Origin: Acanthaster planci
Taxonomy: Eukaryota
Assembly (NCBI RefSeq): GCF_001949145.1
Contig: NW_019091362.1
Span: forward strand, 124,001 to 188,000
DNA length: 64,000 bases
Direction of reading: 5' to 3'
In this document: in pieces, positions 14,041-25,553 of the stretch
Layout: each line of letters begins with the position of its first letter
Position numbering within the stretch: the first letter of the stretch is position 1
Notes under the pieces: generated by a model
Databases searched by the model: none
What the model was told of the DNA's origin: nothing
The model's input: only the letters and a program-made list of their open reading frames with translations
Translations under genes and position numbers: made by a program

Positions 14041-14838
14041 TGTACGTGACAATCTGTGACTGAGTCTTCACATGGACTGTCTGGCATTGTATCGTCTGTC
14101 ATCCATGGTCCTTACCTTGTACTGTAACTCAACCTCTTAGGGAGGTTGCCTTGCACTTTTCCTTCATTCCTAGGACTGTAACCACAAACTGCTTTCTAAT
14201 AACCTATTCTCCTGCCATCAATCACTGACCCTTATTGCATTATTAATTAATCCCTTCACTCTGATCTCACTAGTCTCTTGAGATTACTCGCCCCTGGAAG
14301 AAAGGAAAATGACTCTTTTGTGAAGTTAGTCAATGGAAACTAGGGAGTGCAGATTTCCCATTGAAATTGCACATAATGGGTTTACATTTCCCCCTTCAAC
14401 CTTCCAAGCCGTTGGCTTGGATTTATATGTCTACATACATGTACATGTACACAGTTGGATTGCAGTGTATGTTGAGGCATTGTAAGTTTCCTATCCTGGT
14501 TTCAAATTGCCAGACTCTGTGACAAGGGAACTTTCCTTTGCAGGAATTCATGCATGCTGGAGCATGTGAGGAATTGTGGTCAAAGCAGCGAGGGTTGACA
14601 TTGTGGTGTGCACAGTTACTAAAACAGCTTCGAAACGTAAGGTCGTGTGACTGCATGTATACCTGCAAAGTAGAACTTACTTCCATTTCTGGATTGCTCC
14701 ATCTTTGTCATTGTTTTGTTCCAGGCTTTGCATCAGTACAGTACTGGTCCATGACAGTTGGCAGAATTCAAGTTATCAATTTTGCTGGCTGACAACATTT
14801 TAATTCACTTTCCACATTTTGGTTTTATCAAATTGCAG

Positions 14839-14902
14839 AGAGAAGTTGACAGTGACTCGTCTTCAACGAGAGCTCACCAAGACCAAATCAGACAACAATC
14901 TG
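14839..14902 (+). CDS. NCKAP5: NCKAP5-like coding exon, 64 nt, phase 2 start and phase 0 end: (R/K)EKLTVTRLQRELTKTKSDNNL
   Basis: Acceptor ttttatcaaattgcag, donor gtaggt. The translation resembles the human NCKAP5 segment REKLAVARLQREVAQ as I recall it and joins in frame to exon 23090. This frame is not in the ORF track. Confidence 0.8.
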
Positions 14903-14986
14903 GTAGGTACCAGTTGGGGGACTTTACAGTTATTCAGACTCATATCCACCAAACTCTCAACTCGGTTGCTACATGTACATCCACTC

Positions 14987-16750
14987 TAGGCTTGGGCGGT
15001 ATTGCCTTTTTCGTTACCGCGGTATCCGTGAAAAAATACCATGGTATTTTAATACCGCAGTATTCATTGCAGAAGGCAATACGTCATCAAACAGCAGCGG
15101 CGATGCATTCAATGGCAAAACACAAGCAAAACTAGGGGCCAGCATAAAGTGTTTTTTCACATCACAAAACCCTTAAACTTAATAAGTATTATAATTTATC
15201 TGTCCATTTGATTTCAAATAAATATTATTTAAATGAAAGAATTAAAATTTGTTGCCCCATGATTCCTATCTGTGTGGTCACTCGTACGCTGTGTAAATCT
15301 GCACGTGTACTGTGGTCAAGTTGGTACTTGCTGAGACAGAGCGTTATTGTAATGATTACGTGCCGGTCAGCAATGGCTGCTCCTCTTAACTGCGCCCTAA
15401 CACTGCGCGTGTGCAATAGTAAGGTGGCTTCCAGAAAACTCTGCTGCACGGCAGTCGACTCTCGTTATTACAAAATCGGTTGTAACAAATTCTGATTATA
15501 ACAAACACAAATCTGTGGTCCCAGCAAAAATGTGCATGTTTCTTTGGGGAGAAAATCTGTTACTGAGAAATCGCATTGTATGAAATTCCTAGTACAGTGG
15601 TACCACAAAAGGTTTTTGTGACTCCGTTGCCTGAATAACCATTGTTAATGACCCATTTATAAAGCGTTTGCGAATCGCAGTGGTGAAAACAAATGGGCGG
15701 TGCACCACACTGGTTCCTACCAGGCCGAACCGTTGCCAATGAAGGCATGATGGAAATGTAGCAACCAGTCAGTGTACAGTTTCTGCCAACTTGAAAAGGT
15801 CGTACGTTCCACTAGTCGAATGCAGCTCTATAGATGCAAGTCAAAAAACACTTCCATCACAAATTTTTCTGCAGGTTCATTCACAAAACTTGATCTCATG
15901 TCTATGTTCAAGTTTTCTGTGTTCATGAATTTAATTTGAGATTGTACTGCTTGTACTCAAGCGAGCATGTTTCCACAAAATTTCCGGCCACAACACGAGG
16001 CTTATCACCCGCCCCTCCATATGTGTCACGCATGCTTACAACGCGATATACAGACATCGTTTGTCAGTTTCCTATCGTCATGATACGCATAGTGCGTTAT
16101 TGAAAAATCCATGATATTTTACATTGATTACACAAACGCCAAAACAAAAATTCCCACACCATTTCCGATAAAAATATGCCCCAAAAGGTTCGCTTGACTA
16201 TTCTCGCATCACAAGAGTCCCACTAATTGCCCAACACTGAATTATTCATGTTGCTGCAAAAAGATTTAGCGTACCCGCCTCTGAGACTGTGTGTTTTCAT
16301 GACGTACATTTGGCAAGACACAGCTATCCAATCGCAATATTCGTTCATTACATCATGCTTCTTCAGCGACTATCTCGTGCACAGGCGGCGCAGCCGCAGT
16401 GGGCGAGTGAAGATAGGGCTGTGATATGTGCCGGTGAGCAATACAACAAACACTGCCTACAAGCTATTCCAAAACTGCAAACTCGACAGCAGCAATAGGA
16501 AAACAACACCTTTTGATAGGTGGGTTGATGGCTGCATGCTGAAGTATCACGTTACGTCTTATCTCCTCTCCAAAGACAGTAGAGTCAATACAAACAGATG
16601 CTGGGTGACGGAAACCACAAAGTATGCAGTCACTTTTGTGGATATACTTGTCTGCTTTCATCTTAAGAGGTTTGTGGGAACATATCGGTATTGTTAGGTA
16701 TTTTTTTAAAAATGCGCTATTTGGTAATACCGAAATACCGCCCAAGCTAA
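14987..16750. mobile_element. Non-autonomous hAT-like DNA transposon, 1764 bp
   Basis: TIRs TAGGCTTGGGCGGTATT / AATACCGCCCAAGCTAA (15 of 17 match). Exact 8-bp TSD ATCCACTC at 14979-14986 and 16751-16758. Visibly CpG-richer than flanks; no transposase ORF. Confidence 0.85.
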
Positions 16751-17929
16751 ATCCACTCCTCATCTTTGCTAGACCTAGCTGGTAGCTGCTTACAGATTTG
16801 CAATCCAGTCAGTCACAATCAATCACAAGTCAATTTGCAAGCCAGTTCACAAATCAGGTCTGAACTAAGGATATGAGCAATGACAAAGGAATATCTTTGT
16901 CAGAAATTATTGAATCAGTTTAAGAGTAAATGACGTGTGACTGGAATGTGATGACTTTTGACTGATATGATTGTAATTCTGCCTGCTCTGCCAGTTGATC
17001 TTTTAGCAACTCGTGAAACTCACTTGCTTCACAGATGACAGTGTTGAGTCTTCTAAGTTTATTTGGGAAGAAACAAAGGGAAATGTAATCTTTAATTCAC
17101 CTCCACTTGTAGGTGTCAAACCACAGACGCCCTCTTGAGTAACTGAAAAAGTGCCGTTAATTTTTCAAAGTTGTCTGGTCTTTGTGAAGAGGAAGAACTT
17201 AAGGAAGGAAGATGAGGAAATAAGGAGATTTTCCTCCAGCTCGTAGATCACATTAGTCATTGGCATCTTCACCAGTGTCTGGTGGTGACATGTAGTTCAT
17301 CTCTTAGTTTCAGGAAGCTATCATAGCTCCAGGCATTCACGGTCTGCTTGATATGTTTGTTCTCTGGGGTATTGTTGACGGCTAATACATGTACATGTAG
17401 CTTCCCATGTCTTATTTATTGATTAGAGTTTGAGTTCACTGGTGGATTAAATCCATCCATCTTCTCATTTCAAGTACATGTACTCCTGAACAGAACAATG
17501 TTCTGATTGGAAAATGGTTATTGATTTACATGCATTTCTTTGTCGAGGACATGCAATACCATAATTATATTATTAAAAATATGATGTTTCGTTAGTGAGT
17601 GGCTGTTTACACTTATGCACAAACGGTTTGCATGCATTGTGGGCTCTTTTCTTCGTAAGGAAGGCACTTTACAACATGTAGCTACACCTACGATATCGTT
17701 TGGGCTTAGGCCAGACAACCTTTACCCTAACAGTCCTCAATTCTCTAACAGGTAGATGATTGAGGACAGTTAAGGTTTCGTAGGTGCGGGGCTCTTGTTT
17801 AAATACACATTGTGCGTGTAACTTAAAGACAGACGTATTTGAAAATGTGCAAATGTATTTGATCTTTGAGTGGACTTTACATGTACCTTCATGTGTTGGC
17901 CAAGCCTCTCTATTCGTCACTACGGGATG

Positions 17930-18808
17930 NNNNNNNNNNNNNNNNNNNNNNNNNNNNNNNNNNNNNNNNNNNNNNNNNNNNNNNNNNNNNNNNNNNNNNN
18001 NNNNNNNNNNNNNNNNNNNNNNNNNNNNNNNNNNNNNNNNNNNNNNNNNNNNNNNNNNNNNNNNNNNNNNNNNNNNNNNNNNNNNNNNNNNNNNNNNNNN
18101 NNNNNNNNNNNNNNNNNNNNNNNNNNNNNNNNNNNNNNNNNNNNNNNNNNNNNNNNNNNNNNNNNNNNNNNNNNNNNNNNNNNNNNNNNNNNNNNNNNNN
18201 NNNNNNNNNNNNNNNNNNNNNNNNNNNNNNNNNNNNNNNNNNNNNNNNNNNNNNNNNNNNNNNNNNNNNNNNNNNNNNNNNNNNNNNNNNNNNNNNNNNN
18301 NNNNNNNNNNNNNNNNNNNNNNNNNNNNNNNNNNNNNNNNNNNNNNNNNNNNNNNNNNNNNNNNNNNNNNNNNNNNNNNNNNNNNNNNNNNNNNNNNNNN
18401 NNNNNNNNNNNNNNNNNNNNNNNNNNNNNNNNNNNNNNNNNNNNNNNNNNNNNNNNNNNNNNNNNNNNNNNNNNNNNNNNNNNNNNNNNNNNNNNNNNNN
18501 NNNNNNNNNNNNNNNNNNNNNNNNNNNNNNNNNNNNNNNNNNNNNNNNNNNNNNNNNNNNNNNNNNNNNNNNNNNNNNNNNNNNNNNNNNNNNNNNNNNN
18601 NNNNNNNNNNNNNNNNNNNNNNNNNNNNNNNNNNNNNNNNNNNNNNNNNNNNNNNNNNNNNNNNNNNNNNNNNNNNNNNNNNNNNNNNNNNNNNNNNNNN
18701 NNNNNNNNNNNNNNNNNNNNNNNNNNNNNNNNNNNNNNNNNNNNNNNNNNNNNNNNNNNNNNNNNNNNNNNNNNNNNNNNNNNNNNNNNNNNNNNNNNNN
18801 NNNNNNNN
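17930..18808. other. Assembly gap (N run)
   Basis: Uninterrupted Ns; the long ORFs spanning it are artefacts. Confidence 1.
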
Positions 18809-19189
18809 TATACCGCTACGTGCATGGTGACTGTCAAGTCCTTTGCGTCTACCTCTTGTGTCAGTTGCCGCACTCCACTTAGCACCCGCCAATTTAATGC
18901 ATCAACCATTACTACAGGTATCATACATGTATGTAAGTGTGAACAAGGTCTACCTGGGAGGTCAATGATGTTCAGAGTTTATACTCTATCTTTGGGCTTT
19001 TCCTTCAGGCTTTGACCAGTTCTCCGTAGCATCTATTGGCCATGCCTTGAGTGGCCCACCTGTTTCAGTTCATGAGAGCATCAACCTTACTTCTTGATGG
19101 AGCAATCACAGCTTTAATCTGAGACAGTTTGGCCTATTATGACTGGGAGTATAAATTTCTAATCCCATTGAAGGTTGCTTCCCCAGCTA

Positions 19190-19302
19190 ATGCCAGTACT
19201 CAGTTATACTCTTTGGTGAATAATTCTAAGTAAGTTGACATACAGTGACTTGCCTGAGGCCACAACTCATGTCCAGCAGCTGGATTTGAACCTGTAACCC
19301 CC
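19190..19302 (-). mobile_element. tRNA-derived SINE remnant
   Basis: The minus strand reads GGTTCAAATCC (B-box-like), then GTGGCCTCAGGCAAGTCAC and CACCAAAGAGTATAACTGAGTACTGGC, resembling typical SINE body motifs. Confidence 0.45.
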
Positions 19303-20634
19303 AAGTTGTTTACACTAAACACCCAGTCTTAAACACAGTTGGTATTGTGCTTTGTCTCAGCTCATTGTAGAAGACATGAACTTAGATCCTTGCATCAAGC
19401 TTTGAAAATGCCCTGTGTCCTTGAAACATTTTACCTACATGTATTGCTTCTCAGCAGTCCTAGTAGAGTTTAATACTTCCTACTGAGAAGGATGAGTAGG
19501 GCAACCAACCGATCTTGAGTCAGTGCATTCCAGCTGTCTCTCTCCTCCCATTTGGAGCTCTGACAAAACTATTTTTAGTGTATTTTGTCTGTGTATAGAG
19601 ATGACCCCAAAACCTCTGTAGTAGCGTCTGTGACCCCAGGGGAGGAGGGCATGGCAGGGGAACTATCAAATTAGTCGATAAATAGGCTGAACACAACCCC
19701 TTCAGTTTAGTCTAATTCAGACAGGAAATGGCAGTGACCTGTTCATTTCTTAGGGATGTTAATGCTTCTGGTTGGAAGTTCCTTCTGTGCTGATGGTTGA
19801 GAGCAGACCTTGACTTCTGTCTTAGGAGAGGGGTTTTTGTTTATAAGCAACCTGGATCAGAGGGATACAGAAATTTTCACTTTAAAATGCACTGCAAAAA
19901 TGTATCAATGATTTTGTCATTCTGTGGTAGTCAAAGTCTTGCATCAAAGTCAGTGATATTATTGAATGTGCATATTTGTGTGGAAAGAATTGTGTAGTTT
20001 TGATAAAACTGTATTCTTTTGGTTATATAACATATTTTTGTGTAACAATTCATATTTTGTTTTGGTCATACTTTGTAAATGAGGTGCTGACTTCTCCAAC
20101 AAAATCTTGATTGTCCCAATTCTTATTTCAAGTTCATACCATTGAAATTAATCATTATTTATTTACAAAATTAAATTAATCTCTAGTGCATTGACATTTA
20201 CTCGAGTATGATCCATCCTTCTCTTTCCAAGCCAGGGCTTAAGACAGAGTCGATTCACCAGAAGGAAAACAAACCCATAGTGCACGGTTGTAGCAACTGT
20301 GCGGTGAGACAGAGGGATTATGCAGGAAGTGGCAGTGACTGGACCCTATACTCTCACACACTGGCCTCCCCTGTTACGATGATTGACTCTTATCCTGTAA
20401 TAGACCCTGTCCATGACCGAGCCGAGCTTGTGGATCTGACCGACTCTGGGCCTGGCTTACTGCTAACCCAATCCTGCTTGGTTTAGTCAGTACCTAAGGA
20501 TGGCAGGGGGTTAACAGGACGTAGATTCGTAAGTCTGGTGTCAGTGGGAGGGGGAGTGGGCTTTGGACCCTTTAATTCTTGAGGAACCATGAGCTTTATG
20601 TTGTAGATTTGTGGATTTCACAAAAACTGCAAAG

Positions 20635-20655
20635 ATGGATATTACGTACGCAGAG
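20635..20655 (+). CDS. Candidate alternative first coding exon end (MDITYAE) splicing in frame to exon 23090
   Basis: aaagATGG start context and consensus donor GAG|gtaagc in phase 0; upstream 20280-20600 contains an ETS-like GGAAGT. Confidence 0.45.
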
Positions 20656-21793
20656 GTAAGCAGCTGGTTTGTTTAATTTTTAAATGGCGATTATCAGGGG
20701 TATTTCTCACAGATAATTAAATATTTAAGAGTTATTATTTAGTCTTGAGCAGAAGAATAGCTTTTGACAAATATCTATATGATCAGGATAAAACTATTTT
20801 TTGACAGTAGCATGTCTTTTATGCGAAATGAAATGGATTTTTATGAAAAAGTCAAGGTGAACAAATCAACAAAGTGAGTCTACAATCTTGCAGATTATTC
20901 TAATGTAGCAAGTTTGATATTCCAGGTGTGACTATTTGTGAAATATCAGTATGATCTTATTAATCTTTAGTTTTTGATCACGGTCAAGATTTGTTTGTCA
21001 GGCTTTTGTTCACAAAGATGACATTCAACATGTAGAACAGAATTGAAAAGTACATGTAGTTGCTTTTTAGCTTTCTAAACTACTTTATGCTGGATGACAT
21101 GCTGGGATTCTTGATGTCTAAACATGGAGGGCCTTTTAACAGCTTGCCTCTCAATGTCTGTACTTGCAATGTCCACGCTCTTGAGTGATTACCCACTGAG
21201 TTTGAACACACACAGAGGCTCCAAATAGCCTGTGGAGGTTGAGAGTGTGTTACCCTGGGCCACAAGCAGGTGCAATATTCGTTCTGCAACATACATCTTT
21301 TCTCAGAGTTTTGAAAAAGCAACGATGCAGTTAGAAGTGTTGCACAAATCTTGATGAAGTGACCACCAAGAGTTAGCATTTGTTAATCCAACTTGGGTTT
21401 GTGTCTCTTAATGTTTGAAGAAAGTCAGTAGTGTCAGCACAAAACGTTACTTCATCTGCTGCAATTATAATGTGAATTAGTGTCATCAGGAGGTGGCTGA
21501 ACACAAGAACAGTATGATTTATGTTCAAAACTTTTAACTATACTGTAATGAGCAATTCATTGAAGAGATTTGCCAAAATTGTACCCCAATGAATTTACTT
21601 GAGAATGGAGCATGTTTTGCAGATGTGGCTAAGTTGTTTCCCATTCGGAGAAAAACTTTCATTGTTGATGTGAAAGATTTTTACCTATCAATATGCAAGA
21701 ACAAAAGCAAAATAGCAGTAATAACTCCTAAATCTGAGTATTCATTTCATGAGTGGCTCAAATGTTGCAAAGGTTAAGGTGGTCTACCTTTAC

Positions 21794-22056
21794 AAAATGG
21801 ACAGACACCTCAAAATTTAATAAAATTGACTTGTCCCTCCATTAGTTAAAGTGTGGATGAGATCGGACTTGACAGTTTCACTTTCACTGGAGGGCAAAGG
21901 ATGAAATAATTGAAAATAACCTTGCGGAAGTGTCCAGTCTGGTTAAAGGCTTACATAAATCTCCCTTGAGCCATGGACAGGCTTTTAAAATTTTCATCAC
22001 CAGAAAGTAAAATGGCCGTGCAAAATTTATCACATTTGAAGGTGTCTGTCCACTTT
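21794..22056. repeat. Degenerate inverted repeat, probable old MITE
   Basis: AAAATGGACAGACACCTCAAAATTTAATAAAATTG (21794-21828) versus the reverse complement of 22021-22056. Confidence 0.5.
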
Positions 22057-23089
22057 GGCCTTGCAAAGCGAGGGGGGCCATTCGTCCTCTACAAAGAGAT
22101 CGAGAATACTAATTTGAAATCTTTCTCAAGCAGAGGGGAAGGACTTGTAAATATTCAATTATTAGTCATTGAGCTTGTAACCTTGTAAGGTCTCACCTGT
22201 AATTTTTATGAGAGATATGCGGTCCATCGGCAAATCCAATCTTGTGACAGCATCTGTCTTGTTGCTTGATGGCACATCCAAAGCAGATGGTCTTGCCACC
22301 AGTGAATTATGTTTTTACACTTGATTCCTGGCATACTTTTGCTGATGCTGTAATCCTTAGAGCTTCAGCTGTGCTGCAATATTTGACAACTGGAAACAGG
22401 AAGTGCAGTAATAGCGCAATATTTGTTTGGCTGGGGAGGAAATTAAGATGCTTGGTTGCCCTCCAGTTGAAGGATGTGTTCAAGTAGATCCACACACCAC
22501 CAAGTCAAGCTTTAAAGAATGTGGCAAATGAAAAACTAAAATGTTGCTTGCAATTGAAGGATATTTCATATGGGTAGCCTCAATTTTTTTTTAGAAAAAG
22601 TGACAGATTTATTGATATCAGAACTCCAGAAATGTCAACTGGTTGATAACCTTCAGAAACTCTTACCACTCATCTTGGCTGACTTAATAGCTGTGTGAAG
22701 ACTGAAAAGGCCTATGAGGATTTGACAATTGAAGAAATTTAGGGGATAGTGGAGGTAAATTGATTTACATGCAGAAGGTACATGAAACTGGTTGAATACA
22801 AGGAAGTTGTTGCAGCAAATTGCAGCGGAGGGAAGAGAGTGTCATGTCCCAGCCCTCTTTGAGTCATATTTGCTTTGTTAATTCCAACTGGAAATTAGAA
22901 ACAGATGACTATCACACATGTCCTCCATATTGTTCTTATTTCAAGGTTTCGCTCCAGTGCAAAATTCCATCATATTCCTGTGTGGTCTTGACCACATTGT
23001 TACCTGAAGAGATTCAAATGAAGATCAGACATCCATGTGATAAAATAATTAGCATAATATTTGTTGGATTTGTTTTTTTCTGCCTCCAG

Positions 23090-23317
23090 CAACGGGACGC
23101 CATCATGCGAGACTTGGCTGAGGAGCGACAATCACGACTAGATGCTGAGAAACGACTGAAGGATGCTCTTCTTGAAGGAGAGACCTACAAGACACGACTG
23201 GAGGCTCTCCAACAAGACCTGACTAAGATGCAAGGCATGCTGAACAGTGTCATGGAGTACAAGACCAAGATGGAGCAGATGAAGGAAGAACACAGCGCGA
23301 CGGTACAGACTCTGGAG
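23090..23317 (+). CDS. NCKAP5: NCKAP5-like coding exon, 228 nt, coiled coil: QRDAIMRDLAEERQSRLDAEKRLKDALLEG...TVQTLE
   Basis: Acceptor tttttttctgcctccag, donor gttggt; lies in ORF 22820..23413. Heptad-like E/K/L/R composition, similar to the recalled NCKAP5 segment ELEEERHLRLQSEKRL. Confidence 0.9.
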
Positions 23318-23541
23318 GTTGGTGTTAGGCTAGTGGAGGTGGTGCCTATTCTAATCACTGTGAATGGAGTCAAAATCTCTCCTCAAGTTCTAGTCATAGA
23401 TACCAAGTTTTGATGTAATTCACATAAACTATTGAATTACTTTGATGGTGATTTTGGTCACGTCCATAGCCTAATGTGCCTGAGAAACAGAGATGTCATG
23501 GTGAAGATGTGCTCTTAAACGCAGATTGATTTTTGTTTCAG

Positions 23542-23631
23542 AATGATCTGAAGAAGTGCCAGACTCACATCAGCAACTTGGAGCAAGAGAACAGCAATCT
23601 ACTTAGTGAATGTCATGCACTGGAGACCAAG
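23542..23631 (+). CDS. NCKAP5: NCKAP5-like coding exon, 90 nt: NDLKKCQTHISNLEQENSNLLSECHALETK
   Basis: Acceptor tttttgtttcag, donor gtatgc, phase 0/0, no stop codon, coiled-coil-like. Confidence 0.8.
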
Positions 23632-24594
23632 GTATGCTGGGATAGATTTTATCAAGTACATGTGGATCCATAACTTGGCATTCCGTGTTTATTTCAAAGT
23701 CCTTTTTATTTCAGTGCCAACTTTAAGATGTACAGTATTATTATGAAAGGGTTTGATATGTTTTCATGTATTTTCATTGTAATGGTTCATTTTCCCTCAG
23801 CTAAATCTTTTACTTATTATTCCAACTGGCATTTGCCTCATGAATACAAGCTTATTATTTGTGTATTCTTGTTCACTTTCATCTCTTGCTGGTTTCTGTG
23901 ACATGGGTACCAGTAGTATCCTTAATAAACTGTTAACCATCCCTTGTTTGAATCCATGTACAGTGGAACCTGCTGGAATCTTTAAGTTGTCCACTGGCTT
24001 GTCATTATTCATAAATTCATAAGTGTTTTGGAGGCAAGCATCAACAGTTGACATTGCCAGGGGCAAGAGTGACATTGACAGATGACTTTAAGGATGGCAG
24101 GTGACACCATCCTTTCATAAGCACCTGTATTTTTCAGACCTACTTGTACTCTACACTGGTCAACAAACAACACAAAATGAATGTTCACTTATGCTTTAAA
24201 ATACAGTTCTTTGTATTTTTGATCTGTGGTAGAAACTATAGAATTGTTGCTGATGTAGCACAAGATCTGCCCTATTCATCTGTAAATTGTGTAGTGTCAG
24301 AGATAATAAGAGGCTACACCTGTTAGTCTTACTGAAGTTCTTTTAGTAAGCAAAGCCTTCTAGCTTAACTTTACAAATTCCCAAACAAGTATCTATGAAA
24401 GGAGAGTACATGTATGTTTTTGTTAATTGGCCTGATGATGTGACAAGAAACAGACAGTTATAGTTCCTCCATGACTAGGCATGACATTGTCATTGTGTCA
24501 ATGTTTCATTACTTCCTGTCACGGGTGAACTGGTTGCCACAGTTCTAAATCCAGTTCGGTTTCATCCAGCATTTGCAATTTGTGCATCGATGAA

Positions 24595-24660
24595 AGATCC
24601 ACTGTAGGCATGAAGGGGAAGATGGCCAGATCCACTGTAGGCATGAAGGGGAAGATGGCT
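24595..24660. repeat. 33-bp tandem duplication (2 copies)
   Basis: AGATCCACTGTAGGCATGAAGGGGAAGATGGC(C/T) x2. Confidence 0.9.
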
Positions 24661-24984
24661 AGGTTTCAGAGTAGGTGAGATTTCATTTTAAGGTGTGGAT
24701 TTGACCTTCCGTTATGTCAGGTAGATTTAACTGAAGAGTACCATGAAGAATTAATTGAGGTTGCTTTCTGGTTACTGTCAAAGAATATATGGTGTGATGC
24801 TACTTTGTCAGGGTATGGTACTAACTGGTTTCCCTCTTTGAGTTGTCATTGGGATTAATGTCAGTCTGTATTGAAGGAATTAAAGGTGTACATTACTTGC
24901 AACTGGTACCCATCGCTGGTTCGGTCTTGTGCCTTTTTATGGAATCATAGTATCTGGTATCTGTCACTGATTTGGTCTTTTGGC

Positions 24985-25218
24985 ATTGACTGACTATGCG
25001 CAGTAAGTCATGTGACCTAGAGTGGGTATCAAACATCAATTAACACGGGTGTCCTCCCACAGCAAAGTGTGTCATACATGTAAGTGTTATTTACCAAAAG
25101 TGTTATTTACCTTGTATTTTGGTAAACAACACTTAAAATGCACTTTGCTGTGGGAGTACGCTGTTGTTGTTTGAAACCCACTATAGGTCACATGACTTAG
25201 CGGGCACAATCGGTCTAT
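24985..25218. mobile_element. Foldback MITE-like element
   Basis: TAAGTCATGTGACCTA (25004-25019) pairs with 25184-25199; further paired blocks CTCCCACAGCAAAGTG / CACTTTGCTGTGGGAG and TAAGTGTTATTTACCAAAA / TTTTGGTAAACAACACTTA. Confidence 0.7.
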
Positions 25219-25465
25219 TATCAGGGAATGGGATCAAGTGGTTCCCTTGACTGATTTGGGCTTATACCAGTTTGAAAATACTCTCAGTTATTACCAGTAT
25301 TTGGAAGTAAAAGCAATAACCTCCTAAATCCAGGACAAAACGAGTACACTTGTTGAAAGAATTTGGCCTGTAGGAGGGTTGGAGTAGTTGATATGTTTGG
25401 CCACAAGGGAAATTTGAATGCAGCTTATGGCTAGTGCATGGAGGGTTTGTGACACCTGATAATTA

Positions 25466-25553
25466 GGTAGAGGTTGGAATCCAGCAGCTGATAGTACACA
25501 TATGTTGTAACCTTGAGCAAGTCACTTTACCCTGCTTGCCTCTCTCCACCCTG
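25466..25553 (+). mobile_element. tRNA-derived SINE remnant
   Basis: GGTTGGAATCC (B-box-like), then CCTTGAGCAAGTCACTTTAC...TGCCTCTCTCCACCC; same architecture as 19190-19302. Confidence 0.45.

Noticed and set aside
14758..15135. 125-aa ORF containing KLQREVD
   Set aside because: Wrong frame; the real exon (14839-14902) is in another frame, and the rest of the ORF runs into a transposon.
17669..19015. Five long ORFs (334-407 aa) on both strands
   Set aside because: They are long only because they run through the N gap.
24595..24660. 33-bp direct repeats as a CRISPR-like array or coding exon
   Set aside because: Only two adjacent copies with no spacer, in a eukaryotic intron; the nearby donor is phase 2 and incompatible with the next exon.
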